Assembly (NCBI GenBank): GCA_951406725.2
Contig: OX597815.1
Coordinates: forward strand, 35,588,001 to 35,652,000
DNA: 64,000 nt
Source: Octopus vulgaris
Taxonomy: Eukaryota
Reading direction: 5' to 3'
In this document: positions 12,218-24,144 of the stretch, one piece after another
Layout of the letters: each line of letters starts with the position of its first letter
Numbering within the stretch: the first letter of the stretch is position 1
Notes under the pieces: model-generated
Database searches by the model: none
What the model saw: only the letters and a program-made list of their open reading frames with translations
What the model was told of the DNA's origin: nothing
Position numbers and translations under genes: made by a program

Positions 12218-13692
12218 GTAGGCGGCCTGGTGTGTGTTCGCTTTCGGGTTACGGTCTGTTATAATTTTTTTATCTGAAGTTTATAGTTGGATTGCCATTG
12301 ATTTTGTTGCAGGTTTTCCCTTTTGGGATCACTTTTTAAAAAAAATTATTTAAAACTGTTAGTGTCTTGCGACACATTGTTAGCTTTCACAGGCTTGTTT
12401 CCTGTTGGCTTCCCCCTTTGGTGGGTGAAGCGTTTACATTTTGTGTAGGATGTCCAACACAAAATGGATGACAACACATTTTACGAGCCCTGGGAGAGGA
12501 CTACACAAGTGATTCCGGTGACAGTACGGACGCGGCACGAAGAAGGATGAAACGTTACAACATCAAGCCTGAGGCAGACAAGAAGTTCCAGACATTTCTT
12601 CAGGGGAAGAGAGACAACGTGAGGCTAAATCCCACCAAGAAGGTGATGGAAGGAATTAAGAGAACAACAATTGTTTAAAGGACGCTATGTTTGAAGACCA
12701 GAAAAATAGAGATAGCGTCAATAGAGGACATTGAAAAGCATTAAAGCCTATTATGTATAAATTGGTGTACGTTAAGCGCGGAAGAAAGTTTGGAACGGTG
12801 GAGGCGCAGTTTGTGACTGAGAGCGATGCCATCATGCAAACAAGCAGATTAGCTCTTTTACCGTTATGTCTCAGCAAAAGAAAGACGAAAATAATGATAA
12901 ACGGGTTCGATCCGGAAATCAAACCAATGTGGCACCTGGCGGCGGCCTTCGCCAACATAAAAGAAGTGACTCTATTGGAGTTGGAAGAAAAAGGTACCCA
13001 GAACTGATGTGGAAGGGGCGTAAGAACAACAATCCAGGCCACACCAACAGATATTGATAGCATACCGGAGTTTGTTATCCTTCCCTATGATACAAGAGTG
13101 AAGGTCGCTGCTCAGGGCAGAGTACCAAAGTGCTTCGGATGTGGGCAGAAAGCCAGATGGAAGCAAGTATGAAGCAGGAGGAGGTGATGGTGGAGACAGA
13201 GAAAGACACACCGTCTACTTCAAGGGTTAAGGTTTTAGGGTTAAGGTTGTCATAAATAACAGTGACAAACAAAATATACACCGCCGGAAGTTCTTGTTGA
13301 CAAACAACAGCAGTAATTTTATTCAGCTGAATACACGTCATTGATTGGTTGAAATTACCGAAATACAAGAACTTTGACGTGAAATAACATCGTAAATATA
13401 AGTTTTTCTTAAAAATGCGAAGAGTAAAAGATATTTTATATGACACACATTCTACCAGTGTCCGAAGTTTGAAAGTGTTTAGTTACAAAAATTATTTTTT
13501 AACTCAGTAGGTCAAAAGATAAAGATCCAAAAAATGTTCAATGATGTTGCTTGGATGGTGGGGCACGGGTGACTATCATTTCACCTTTTCATTTATTAAT
13601 CATACATCTGCTCATTCGATTTTTTTTCGGCCCCATATGTAATGTCCTGTATTGTCCCCTCTTTGTTGGTTCCTTGTGGACAATAGAAAGAA
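12218..13692 (+). mobile_element. ORF1-only Tx1/L1-like non-LTR element, copy 1 (decayed)
   Basis: T-rich 5' UTR; RRM-like KRGRKFGTVEAQF...LLPLCLSKRKTKIMING; truncated zinc knuckle QGRVPKCFGCGQK near 13110-13150; 3' tail ttgtcccctctttgttggttccttgtggacaatagaaagaa. No RT seen. Confidence 0.7.
13205..13528. repeat. Unclassified repeat with telomere-like motif, nested in the ORF1-only element
   Basis: gggttaaggttttagggttaagg near the left end, aaagatcc at the right end; related to 11965-12140. Confidence 0.55.
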
Positions 13693-13702
13693 TGAGTACG
13701 TA

Positions 13703-15952
13703 GCTGGTGGTTTGAGATATTCGTATCGGAGTTAATTTTGTCGTGTTATTTGTTAGACGTAAGTCACTTTGTTGAATATTTGTTGAAGGTCTCCCTTCGG
13801 CGGTGTACCCAAGATTATTGATTGTTACTATTGAAATTGTTGATTATTGTTATTTTTGAATTGTTATTTTTTTCCCCATTGTGGGAAAAATGGAGAAGGT
13901 GCCAACAGGAGGCCACAGCTATGCGGCTTCAACCGGTAGAGGAACAGAGGTTGATGCGCTGGAGTTGCAATAAGTAAAAGTCGAGCCAAAGAAAATGAAA
14001 GAATGTGAGAAATTGCTGGAAAAGGAAGGAAATACACTGAGACTAACGCCGCCTGCAGAACTTACAAGTAATGTAACCAAAAGGATAGTGAATTTATAAA
14101 ACACTGAAGGTAGCAAGCAGAAAGATCGAATTTGTAACAATCGAGGCTATTGAGGAATGGTTGAAGGAAATAAAGAGGCTGACCACGTTCATTAGCAAAG
14201 GAAGAAAGTACGGCACTGCGGAGGTGCGTTTCGCGACGGAGGATGAAGCGATTAAGCACTCCACAGTAGCCATAAGAACAGAGGAATGGGTACTTTTGCT
14301 GTCCTATTGTGGCAAGCGTGTTGCCAGAGTAAGAGTTAGCAAAGTGCCACCAGAGATAAAAGAAACATGGCTTATGGCAGCCATTATGTTTAATATGGAG
14401 GAGGAGGCCAAGATTCTCAAGGCCACAAGAACCAAAAGGGTGAACTATTGGGGATATGGCATAGAAATGGCCATTCAAGCGAATATAGAAGACCTCAATA
14501 GAATTGCGGAAGAAATAGTTCTGCCTGAGGACGTAAGGCTGCGAGTGGTGGTGAAAAAGGTCACATTACGGCGAGGTGCCCCCAGAGAGAACAACAGATG
14601 AAACAGACTGAGAAGCAACAAAGTGCAGACCAAGTGGTACAAGTCGAGGTAAAGGAGACAAGAACGGATGAAGAATTTACGGTAGTAAAAAAAAAAACGA
14701 AAGAGAAGTGATAGAGTAAGCTCTCCGTCAGCGAGGCAGAAAAAGAAGAAAGAAACGGTAGAGAAAGAAGTTATGAAGGAAGTCAGAAGGAAGGAAAATA
14801 AAATGGTGATTGACAAGGAGATCGAAAAGGAACTTGAAAAGGAGATCGAAGAGGAGTTTCAGAAGGAGGAGGATTCAGGAGAACAATTAAAAGGAAGGAA
14901 GGAAGCACTCCGTCGGTTACGACGATGAGGGTTCCGGTTGATCCGAATCAACGGAACAGCCTGCTCGTGAAATTAAAGTGTAAGTGGCTGAAAACTTCAC
15001 AGACACGTGTACCCTTAACGTAGTTCTCGGGGATATACAGCGTGTCACAGAGAGTGACAAGGCCGGCCCTTTGAAATACAGGTACAACAGAAACAGGAAG
15101 TAAGAGAAAGTTGTGGTGAAAGAGTACAGCAGGGATCACCACCATCCCTGCCTGAGCCTCGTGGAGCTTTAGGTGTTTTCGCTCAATAAACACTCACAAC
15201 GCCCGGTCTGGGAATCGAAACCGCGATCCTATGACCGCGAGTCCGCTGCCCTAACCACTGGGCCATTGCGCCTCCACGGAGAACAATTAAACGAGGGTGA
15301 AATGGAGAGATTATTCAGAATGGAAAGAGAAAAGGTACCAGCAGTGGAGCAGGAAAAGGGAAAGCAAGTAAGAAAGCCCCCAAAATATCGATGGAATTTT
15401 GTGACATAGGCGAAAAACAAGGAAACAGAACAGAAAATAATGAAATTTAAGTCTATCATAAGGGTGAAGCTGCCCATTGTTGTGTATTCGGAGAATGTGA
15501 AGGCCATTGTGGTCGACAGGGAGAAATACAACAGGCTAAGAGATGTGTGTGGAGAGGGAATTGATCCGCCAGGAGTAGCGGTGCAGTTCGATGGATTACC
15601 ACCAGTAGTGGAACTGAAAGATCTCGAACCTTTTATGAAATATTAAAAAAGGAAAAAAGTAAGTGAAATTGTTTATTTGAAAAAAAGAAAAGAAGTAAAA
15701 TTGTTTTATTTAAAAAAAAAAAAGAGAGAGAGAGAAACGATGATAATGGGAAAAAATAAAGGAAATTGAACGATTGTAAACAGTGTATTAAACGTTCAAA
15801 TGGTACTGCATGAGGAGTGGGGCCCATGCAGCCATTTCATTTTCATTATATATCTTCATTTTCATTCGCTTTGTTTTTGTCCCCACTGTGATGTTCTGTC
15901 TGTGACCTTGTAGTGCCCCCTCTGTGTTATGGCCGTAGAGTCAAATAAAGAA
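13703..15952 (+). mobile_element. ORF1-only Tx1/L1-like non-LTR element, copy 2 (decayed)
   Basis: ORF 14161-14601 (SKGRKYGTAEVRF...LLLSYCGKRVARVRVSKVPPEI) is homologous to copy 1; E/K-rich continuation to about 15646; tail tgccccctctgtgtt...aataaagaa. No RT seen. Confidence 0.7.
14892..15277 (-). mobile_element. tRNA-derived SINE family B, tail type 1, full length
   Basis: Starts gtggaggcgcaatggcccagtggttagg and ends (ttcc)n. Perfect 14-bp TSD ggagaacaattaaa at 14878-14891 and 15278-15291. Confidence 0.92.
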
Positions 15953-16517
15953 CAGTACGTATAAGCGGTCAAGAAAATAAATACATAATTAAAAACCGCC
16001 AGTCACATGGCATGTGTGAATTTCAGGTGTACTCGTCTGCTTTTTTTTTTTATATATATATTGTTGATTACCCCTTCTCCTTTCTGCTGTTGGTTGTGCC
16101 TCCTTCGCAGTTTACAGCTATTTGATCTTTGTTCCTATACCGGTGCTTGCGAAATAAGCAAACTACAAAACTTAATACACACCCACATCATACACAGAGG
16201 ACGAACTGACACATTACAAAGCCGATATGTTTTCCACTCCAACAATGTATCTACTCAACATTCGTCGAAAAAACAAACTACAAGATAAGACTATCTTATT
16301 TACATAGTTGCTTGATTACAGATACTAGGTTTGAGCTATGTTCTCTACAACCCACTCATGCACTGAATTTCCTCAATCTGGTTACAAATGATTTCCGCCA
16401 GAACAGACATTTTATCTATCAATCTTATCGCACCCGTTTCCTGATTATACCGATTGTTAAAGGATGTAAAATGTATTTTAATATACTGTCCAGGTAAAAA
16501 GTGGTGAACTGGCAGAA

Positions 16518-17040
16518 TCTTTTCTACTCTAAGCACAAGACCCGGAATTTTGGGGAAGGGGGGCAGTCGATTAGATCGACCCCAGTACGCAACTGGTACT
16601 TAATTTATCGACTCCGAAAGGATGAAAGGCAAAGTCGACCTCCGCGGAATTTGAACTCAGGACATAAAGACAGACGAAATACCTATACAGAGGGGACAAA
16701 CAAGGACAGACAAACGGATTAAGTCGATTATATCGACCCCAGTGCGTAACTGGTACTTATATAATCGACCCCGAAAGGACGAAAGGCAAAGTCGACCTCG
16801 GCGGAATTTGAACTCAGAACGTAGCGGCAGACGAAATACCTATTTCTTTACTACACACAAGGGGCTAAACACAGAGAGGACAAACAAGGACAGACAAACA
16901 GATTAAGACGATTATATCGATCTCAGTGCGTAACTGGTACTTATTTAATCGACCCCGAAAGGATGAAAGGTAAAGTCGACCTCGGCAGAATTTGAACTCA
17001 GAACGTAGCGGCAGACGAAATACCGCTAAGCATTTCGTCT
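16518..17040 (-). mobile_element. SINE family A, trimeric
   Basis: Three tandem core units. Confidence 0.85.
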
Positions 17041-17054
17041 GTGTCTACGTGGAG

Positions 17055-17570
17055 TTCAAATTCCGTCGAATTCCATCCTTTTGGGATCGATGAAATAAGT
17101 ACCAGTTGAGTACTGGGGTCGAGTCAATCGAATTGCTCCCACCCACCCAAACTGCTGGCCTTGTGCCAAAATTTGAAACAAATATACTACCCAGGTAACG
17201 CGGCGAGCTGGCAGAACCGTTACGGCGCTGAGTAGAATGCTTAGCGGCATTTCGTCCGTCTTTATGTTCTGAGTTTAACTGCTGCCGGTGTCGACTTTGC
17301 CTTTCATCCTTTCGGAGTCGATAAAATAAGTACCAATTGAGTACTGGGGTCGATGTAATTGACTTATCCCTGAAATTGACAGCCTCGTGCCAAAATATGA
17401 AATCAATGCACTACCCAGGTGAAGCAGTGCCGGGTTGGCAGAATTAGTAGAGCATGGAAACAAAATGCTTTGTGGCATCTAATTGTGATTCTTTATGCTC
17501 TGAGTTCAAATTACACCGAAGTCAATTTTGATTTCTGTTCCTCCCGATCGATAAAATAAGGGCCAATAAA
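17055..17570 (+). mobile_element. Cluster of older SINE family A copies
   Basis: Repeated gagttcaaatt / catcctttcgg.gtcgataaaataagtacc motifs, diverged. Confidence 0.7.
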
Positions 17571-18411
17571 GTACAAAGATCAAAATACTCAATTATACCC
17601 AGCTCAACGCACTCAAAAAGTTTCTGACCTGGTGACAGCAATGCTAGAAATCAACAATAATTTGGAAAGAGTATGGTCAATGGAATCTGCGATTTGGCTT
17701 CAATTCTCAACCTACGCAGTCAATAAAGTCGAGAAAGAAAAGGCTTCAGGTAACTGACATGGACAGATCTCCATAGAAACCACATGTAGTTGATTACGAA
17801 TAAACAGCTCAAGCAGAAGCCAACTAATGCCTGTTGTCGATATGGCTTTTGAAACCGGAAACTAACTGGCAGATCCTTCAATTATTATATCAAACTAACT
17901 CTTTCTGAAAATGGTTACTCAGAGGAGGTCGTTTTAAGAATTTTCTGTATGTTAATCAATTTTGCTCCACTTGTTTTCAGTTGGGGTATGTTAGTCGCAA
18001 AAAGTGCTCTCATTACATCTGATTAGGTTACGTTTTCCATAATATAGGTTGTAGATGTTCCCAGATTAAGTTGGACATATGGAGTTCACTATCAGGTACT
18101 CACTGAAAGAGACTTAGAACATTGTAAATGGTTTATGACAACCCGTTGTCAAAGTGGGACGACTGGATGCAGCTGTTTTGGCGCTGGCCGTCTGGCACAG
18201 GAGTTTTAGCTCCAAATCCATTTTGTACCTGACTAGAGCTTCTCTCCGAACTCCAGGGAAATTTTGCTAAAAATGTAATTGGCTATTCCCAAACGTGTTA
18301 TAAATTGCAAGAATTTCATGTAAACTCTTCTAAATTGTTAATGTATACCTGACTTTATTTTCACAAATACAAAGTTTTTACATTATTTATCAAATGCATT
18401 AGAGATTACTA

Positions 18412-18590
18412 CTGTATTTGATGGCAAATAAGACGCATTTTTTATTTCAAAAAATGTCTTAAAAAATTGCCTGTATATGGAGTTGGGCCCATAATACATG
18501 CTTAAATGCACTAAATTCTTTCTTTTTAAGACGCGCTACCGAAATTGAGATGCGTTTATGACCGTGCATCATCTATGCCATCAAATATGG
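18412..18590. mobile_element. Tc1/mariner/pogo-type MITE
   Basis: TIRs ctgtatttgatggca / tgccatcaaatatgg, each flanked by TA. Confidence 0.7.
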
Positions 18591-18892
18591 TAAATTTTAT
18601 CTAATGCCAATTATGGTTTTCTCTCGCTTTCATTCGCATCACACCCTTTCACTTCGTCACAGGCCATTTTATGTACATAATACGAAAGATCACCGAAACT
18701 TGTATCAAATTACCCTTTTGGATTTAAAACTTTAATCCGCTTGACATTCTTTCGTTAAGAGTATATAAATTAGCCGACGACTTGTTCTCTACTTATATCT
18801 ATGAGAGTTCAAATGGTGTATGTACACAATGTGTCATTCATCTACTGTACTAGATATTATCATTTTATTTCATTTTCTGGTTTTTGAGGCGC

Positions 18893-19215
18893 AGGCCACT
18901 GCACGGGGTCTTGATTAAGTGTCTTCTGCTATAATCTCGGACCGACCAATGTTTTAAGAGTGAATTTGGTAAACGGAAACTGTGGAATCCCGTCGCAAAT
19001 ATATAGACATATGTATGTATAAGTATGTCTTTGTGATATATTCCAGTGATTGTCCCCACCACCATTGGTTGACAACTGGTGTTGGTGTGTTTGTCCTCGT
19101 AACTTAGTGGTTCGGCAAAAGAAATCGATATAAGTACCAGACTTTGAAAAATATGGTACCGGGGTCAGAGCGGCATCCCCACTGTAGTCCAGTGACGAAA
19201 ACAAGCCAAAAGATT
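18893..19215 (+). mobile_element. SINE family C (decayed)
   Basis: aagtgtcttctgctata...gaatttggtaaacggaaactg...cttagtggttcggcaaaaga, as in 61707-62118. Confidence 0.75.
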
Positions 19216-19668
19216 TACAAGGCACAGACAGACGGACATTTCATGCTATATAATCCGTTCATTTTAATTTTGGGATTTTAATAAGAACTAATAGACATGC
19301 ATACATACATGCAGACATATATACATGCATACATACATATTCATACCAACAATAATTGGATCACTAGGTTTTGTTAGTAAATGCTTAAATGAGAATCTGG
19401 ATACACTGGGATTTTCAGAAAGAGAAATCGACCGGCTAATTCGTAGTGCAATCTGTGAGTGGAACAGTAAAAATATGTAAGACTTTTCTCAAGTTCCAAG
19501 GGTGAATTTGTGTTAACTACATCCCAAAGATGCAACCTCGTATCCTTCTTGGAAACCGGCTCCCTCTTCAGTGGAAGATTTATAATACTTAAAAAATAGA
19601 AGAAACACATACAGATATACATAACAAATAATAGAAACGGAAAATGGAGTATACAAGAAACTTTATTG

Positions 19669-19774
19669 CTCTCGATGATCGTTTCGACCCATTCTGCATC
19701 GATCTCTTGCGGGTGGGATACTGTACAACTTGTCGTGATGCATCCTTCGATGCAGAAGTGCCTCGTCAGGTGAG
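19669..19774 (-). ncRNA. Type I hammerhead ribozyme motif (Penelope-type)
   Basis: Minus strand: CUGACGA, stem II containing uucugcaucga/ucgaugcagaa, GAAAC-GAUC-AUC, then AATAAA. Cleavage triplet is AUC rather than GUC. Confidence 0.65.
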
Positions 19775-20079
19775 GTTATAAGGGGTATCTGGTTAAATAA
19801 ATTTTGTTTAACTCGGTTTTAATACAGCATGTTGTTAGTGACCATAGGTTTAAGCCGTTGGGCAGGAATGGCGAGGGACAGATTCCGTTGCTATATTACA
19901 GACAGCTGTCTACATTCTTTTAGTAGTAAATCAAAGACAGGATTTTTTTTATATTACCGATAGTTCTCCGATACCAATTCTCTTGCTTCATTGCTGGACA
20001 TTTTATATATTCCTCACGAAAGTTTGCCAACCATCTATTTATTTGTATATAGATATTTAGATGAACTTGCTAGTGAGAT

Positions 20080-20460
20080 GAACCATATGTTAATCTAGGT
20101 AAGATGTTTTCCATTCGTTCCGAAGAAGTTCTTACGTTTGCTCGGACATCTCCAGATGTGTTGCCACCAGCATACATAATAGATGACATGTCACACGATT
20201 TATAGATTCTTGTTTTAATCTCTAGTTTGAAACTGTTAATCCCAATCTTTAATGGTTTTCCTATCCATACCAGCGACTGCTTTGATTCTTACGAGGTGAA
20301 ATAAATATCGAAGATGCTTATAGTACCACGAAGAAACTACAGGAGCTACTCGGAAGGTTTGGAAGCTCTTCTCTTAAATCCATTGCCATGTTGGAAACCC
20401 TTCTGTATCATCAGCACGTATATCAGGGTCACAACCATTTCGCTTGTACACTTCGCATGA
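20080..20460 (-). mobile_element. Possible highly decayed RTE-like LINE fragment
   Basis: LEIKTRIYKSC..SSIMYA-like peptide and an ADD motif; heavily disrupted. Confidence 0.35.
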
Positions 20461-20760
20461 GTTAGACAGCGAGAACTAAGTTAGACGTCGCCTGTGGAAG
20501 GGTTCTACCCGCGGTCTCTTGAGCTGGTTTCAGCTGTCATGACTATCTCCTTGGTGTTAACGATTTTGTCATATATTTTGGTAGACATATTTATCGATGG
20601 CGGTAAAACGTAGTAAAAACTGTTTCAGTATACAAAAGGAAGGGAAAGTACTCAATACATGCTGTAGAGTAGGTTCCCAGATGATTATTTCGCTCCGACT
20701 ATACCCTAGTCAGCATATCTCGCAACGTGCAATATTAAACAAAACAAAACTGTGTACGCG

Positions 20761-20796
<36 letters not shown>

Positions 20797-21619
20797 CTCT
20801 TGCTCTCTCTCTCTCTCTCTCTCCCTCCAAGCTTCCATACATAATTACGTACATGTCTACCTACATACATATGATCATACATCCGTATGTACATACACAT
20901 TTATGATACTAATAAATTGATATAAAAGTAGACACATACACACATTCATGCACTCACTCACATGATTGCTCATATCCGTAAAATACACATCGTTTAAAAA
21001 CTTAGATAAGGAAATTTTGACCTCCCAATTACATATATACACATATACATTCAACACTCTTAACTATTTCATACATGACATACAGGCATACATACCCCAC
21101 ACACACACACTCACATAGCGTGCACGCATACACAGATTCTGGATTCCATAATTGCTCTCTGTCTGTCGCATAGATATCTACCATGAAACCAGTTCCAATA
21201 TGGCGAGGTTAAGCATTAGCCATTAGCGTTTAAGCTACCGTGTAGACAATCTTGTTTACATCTTAATGAATAATTTTCTGTTATTGTTGCGCGTCATCTT
21301 GGCAGGAAGAGGCGAACGACCTTCGATGAGTTGTTAAAAAGCAAAGAAATTGATTAGTTGCATTTTGATCCCAAGCTGCCGGAAGTCTCTCGAAAGGTCT
21401 AATTTATAATGGAACTAAATACATTAGAGTATAAGACTACATATTTATTTACTATTTAGAAATATAATCACTGCCAGGCTTCCATATGAAAGAAGCCTTG
21501 CAGTGATTATACGTAAGCGCTGCTTCCGCTCACACACACATACACACGCATACATTCACACGGTGACTGAGATTAACAGTTAATAGGCTGATTATTTTTG
21601 TTTGATTTGTATATTGTAT

Positions 21620-21847
21620 CTCTTTTATCTTTTTATTTGTTTCAGTCGTTAAACTGCGGCCATGCTGGGGCACCGCCTTGGAAAATTTTGAGAACAATGA
21701 ATCGATCCCAGTACTTATATCTGATTTTATTTTAAGCTTGGTTCTTATTCTATCAGTCATTTTGCCGAACTGCTAGATTACGGGACGTAAACACACCAAC
21801 ACTGGTTGTCAAGCGACAGGGGAGATAAACACAGATACGCGCGCGCG

Positions 21848-21886
<39 letters not shown>

Positions 21887-21985
21887 ATATATACATATAC
21901 AACAGGACTGTTTAAATTTTCGTCTCCCAATTTCACTTAGAAACCCGGAACCATTTGGCTGGGAAGTAAACTTCTTATCACACAG
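21620..21985 (-). mobile_element. SINE family C (decayed)
   Basis: tttcagtc...gcggccatgctggggcaccgcc and acgggacgtaaacacaccaac motifs. Confidence 0.75.
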
Positions 21986-22153
21986 CTTGTGTTTATTTTA
22001 GCAGAATACTTTGTTATAATTATTGCTGGCATCACTAATCGTTTATTCTAAATTGATGCATTTGGGATTTGAAAACAAAAAGGTATTAATTTCATACTCG
22101 AGAGAACTATCATGGGTATGGAACCGCCTTATGAGTGTGAGCACATACCTTCG

Positions 22154-22223
22154 CCATTAGAGTCTGACGAGTCAGCCGTAGGGCTGAGCCTTTATATATA
22201 CGAAACCATTGGTCACGCTATGG
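22154..22223 (+). ncRNA. Type I hammerhead ribozyme motif, canonical core
   Basis: Helix I ccauuagagu/acgcuaugg; CUGACGA 22164-22170; stem II closed by GU...AC; GAAAC-CAUUG-GUC with predicted cleavage after 22214; AATAAA at 22249; (TA)n from 22292. Confidence 0.8.
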
Positions 22224-22292
22224 CCGGATATATACTTAATTGCATATAAATAAATTACTGTTCTATGCTTTAGAGTGTGCCTATTTTTCGGA

Positions 22293-22329
<37 letters not shown>

Positions 22330-22360
22330 ATATATATATATATATATTATACACTGGCGG

Positions 22361-22409
<49 letters not shown>

Positions 22410-22539
22410 CTCTCTCATGCACCAAATAGCAGTTGCTAAAAAGCCTCCATGAAGTGAAACCAAGTAGCAACACCAAATGGCGGTGCCCCAGCATGGCCAC
22501 AGCTCATAAGCTGAAACTAGAATCAATCAATCAATCAAT

Positions 22540-22606
<67 letters not shown>

Positions 22607-22612
<6 letters not shown>

Positions 22613-22985
22613 GTGAAGGGAAGAAGTGGAGCCGAACGAAGATTCTACAAAATTCCTTTTTATTATTTTCTACACATGTTTCAAAGGCTGCAAATTCCCA
22701 AATTCGGATTGTATAAGGAGACCATTCTGCAGCTTTCTCTTCAAGAAAATCCAGGTGCCATTTTTACCATGGGCTCCTAGGGAGCGTTTTGTTCGAAAAG
22801 CTTGCTGCGCATTTGTTTTGAGATTTTAAATTCCTGGATTTTCCTGAAGAGAATGCTGCAGAATGGTCTCCTTATTCAATCCGAATTTGGGAATTTGCAG
22901 CCTTTGAAACATGTGTAGAAAATAATAAAAAGGAATTTTGTAGAATCTTCGTTCGGCTCCATTTCTTCCCTTCACTAAATATATA
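22607..22985. repeat. Inverted pair of Penelope-type pLTR fragments (arms about 150 bp, spacer about 77 bp)
   Basis: 22607-22755 is the reverse complement of 22833-22985 with few mismatches; abuts (TA)n; each arm carries a hammerhead motif. Confidence 0.85.
22838..22923 (+). ncRNA. Type I hammerhead ribozyme motif
   Basis: Helix I auuuuc/gaaaau; CUGAAGA 22844-22850; stem II gaa.gcugca/ugcagc.uuu; GAAAC-AUGU-GUA. The mirror copy on the minus arm has UUGAAGA. Confidence 0.75.
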
Positions 22986-23131
22986 AAACTTCAATTATCC
23001 GCGCTAAAGCACGGGGGCGAAACCCCATGGTCGTAACCTCAACCGTGTCTTTTCTGGTGTGATTTTTGCTACACAGGTATCGGTTAAATTTTGAATAATC
23101 CATAACAAGATAATTCATTTATCCATTTCAT

Positions 23132-23187
<56 letters not shown>

Positions 23188-23601
23188 ATTATATATGTTT
23201 TGGGCATTATTGGCTCAGACTTTGACTAATTTAATACAATCGATTAAGTAAATATCCTAGTAAATAGTTGTTGTTGACTAAGATATATTCAGGTATACGT
23301 AGTTTGTCCAGATATCGTTTGAAAGTTATGAGATCTTTATATTTGACTTTGTTTTCGAGGGAGGGGGAAAACGAATGCATCGACCCCAGTACTCAACTGG
23401 TGCTTATTTTATCGACGCCGAAACGATAAAGATTGTTACCGCTAAGCATTTCGCCCGGCGTGCTATAAGGAGACCATTCTGCAGCTTTCTCTTCAAGAAA
23501 ATCCAGGTGCCATTTTTACCATGGGCTCTAGACCCCGAAAGGATGGAGCGTTTTGTTCGAAAAGCTTGCTGCGCATTTGTTTTGAGATTTTAAATTCCTG
23601 G

Positions 23602-23687
23602 ATTTTCCTGAAGAGAATGCTGCAGAATGGTCTCCTTATTCAATCCGAATTTGGGAATTTGCAGCCTTTGAAACATGTGTAGAAAAT
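23602..23687 (+). ncRNA. Duplicate hammerhead motif
   Basis: Same sequence as 22838-22923, 764 nt downstream. Confidence 0.7.
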
Positions 23688-23895
23688 AATAAAAAGGAAT
23701 TTTGTAGAATCTTCGTTCGGCTCCATTTCTTCCCTTCACTAAATATATAAAACTTCAATTATCCGCGCTAAAGCACGGGGGCGAAACCCCATGGTCGTAA
23801 CCTCAACCGTGTCTTTTCTGGTGTGATTTTTGCTACACAGGTATCGGTTAAATTTTGAATAATCCATAACAAGATAATTCATTTATCCATTTCAT

Positions 23896-23951
<56 letters not shown>

Positions 23952-24144
23952 ATTATATATGTTTATGTTTGGCATTATTGGCTCAGACTTTGACTAATTT
24001 AATACAATCGATTAAGTAAATATCCTAGTAAATAGTTGTTGTTGACTAAGATATATTCAGGTATACGTAGTTTGTCCAGATATCGTTTGAAAGTTATGAG
24101 ATCTTTATATTTGACTTTGTTTTCGAGGGAGGGGGAAAACGAAT

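Noticed and set aside
13216-13245. Interstitial telomere
   Set aside because: Only one exact TTAGGG, inside a dispersed repeat.
15205-15277. tRNA genes (also at other SINE heads)
   Set aside because: A/B boxes continue into SINE bodies and, here, are flanked by a TSD; these are SINE heads.
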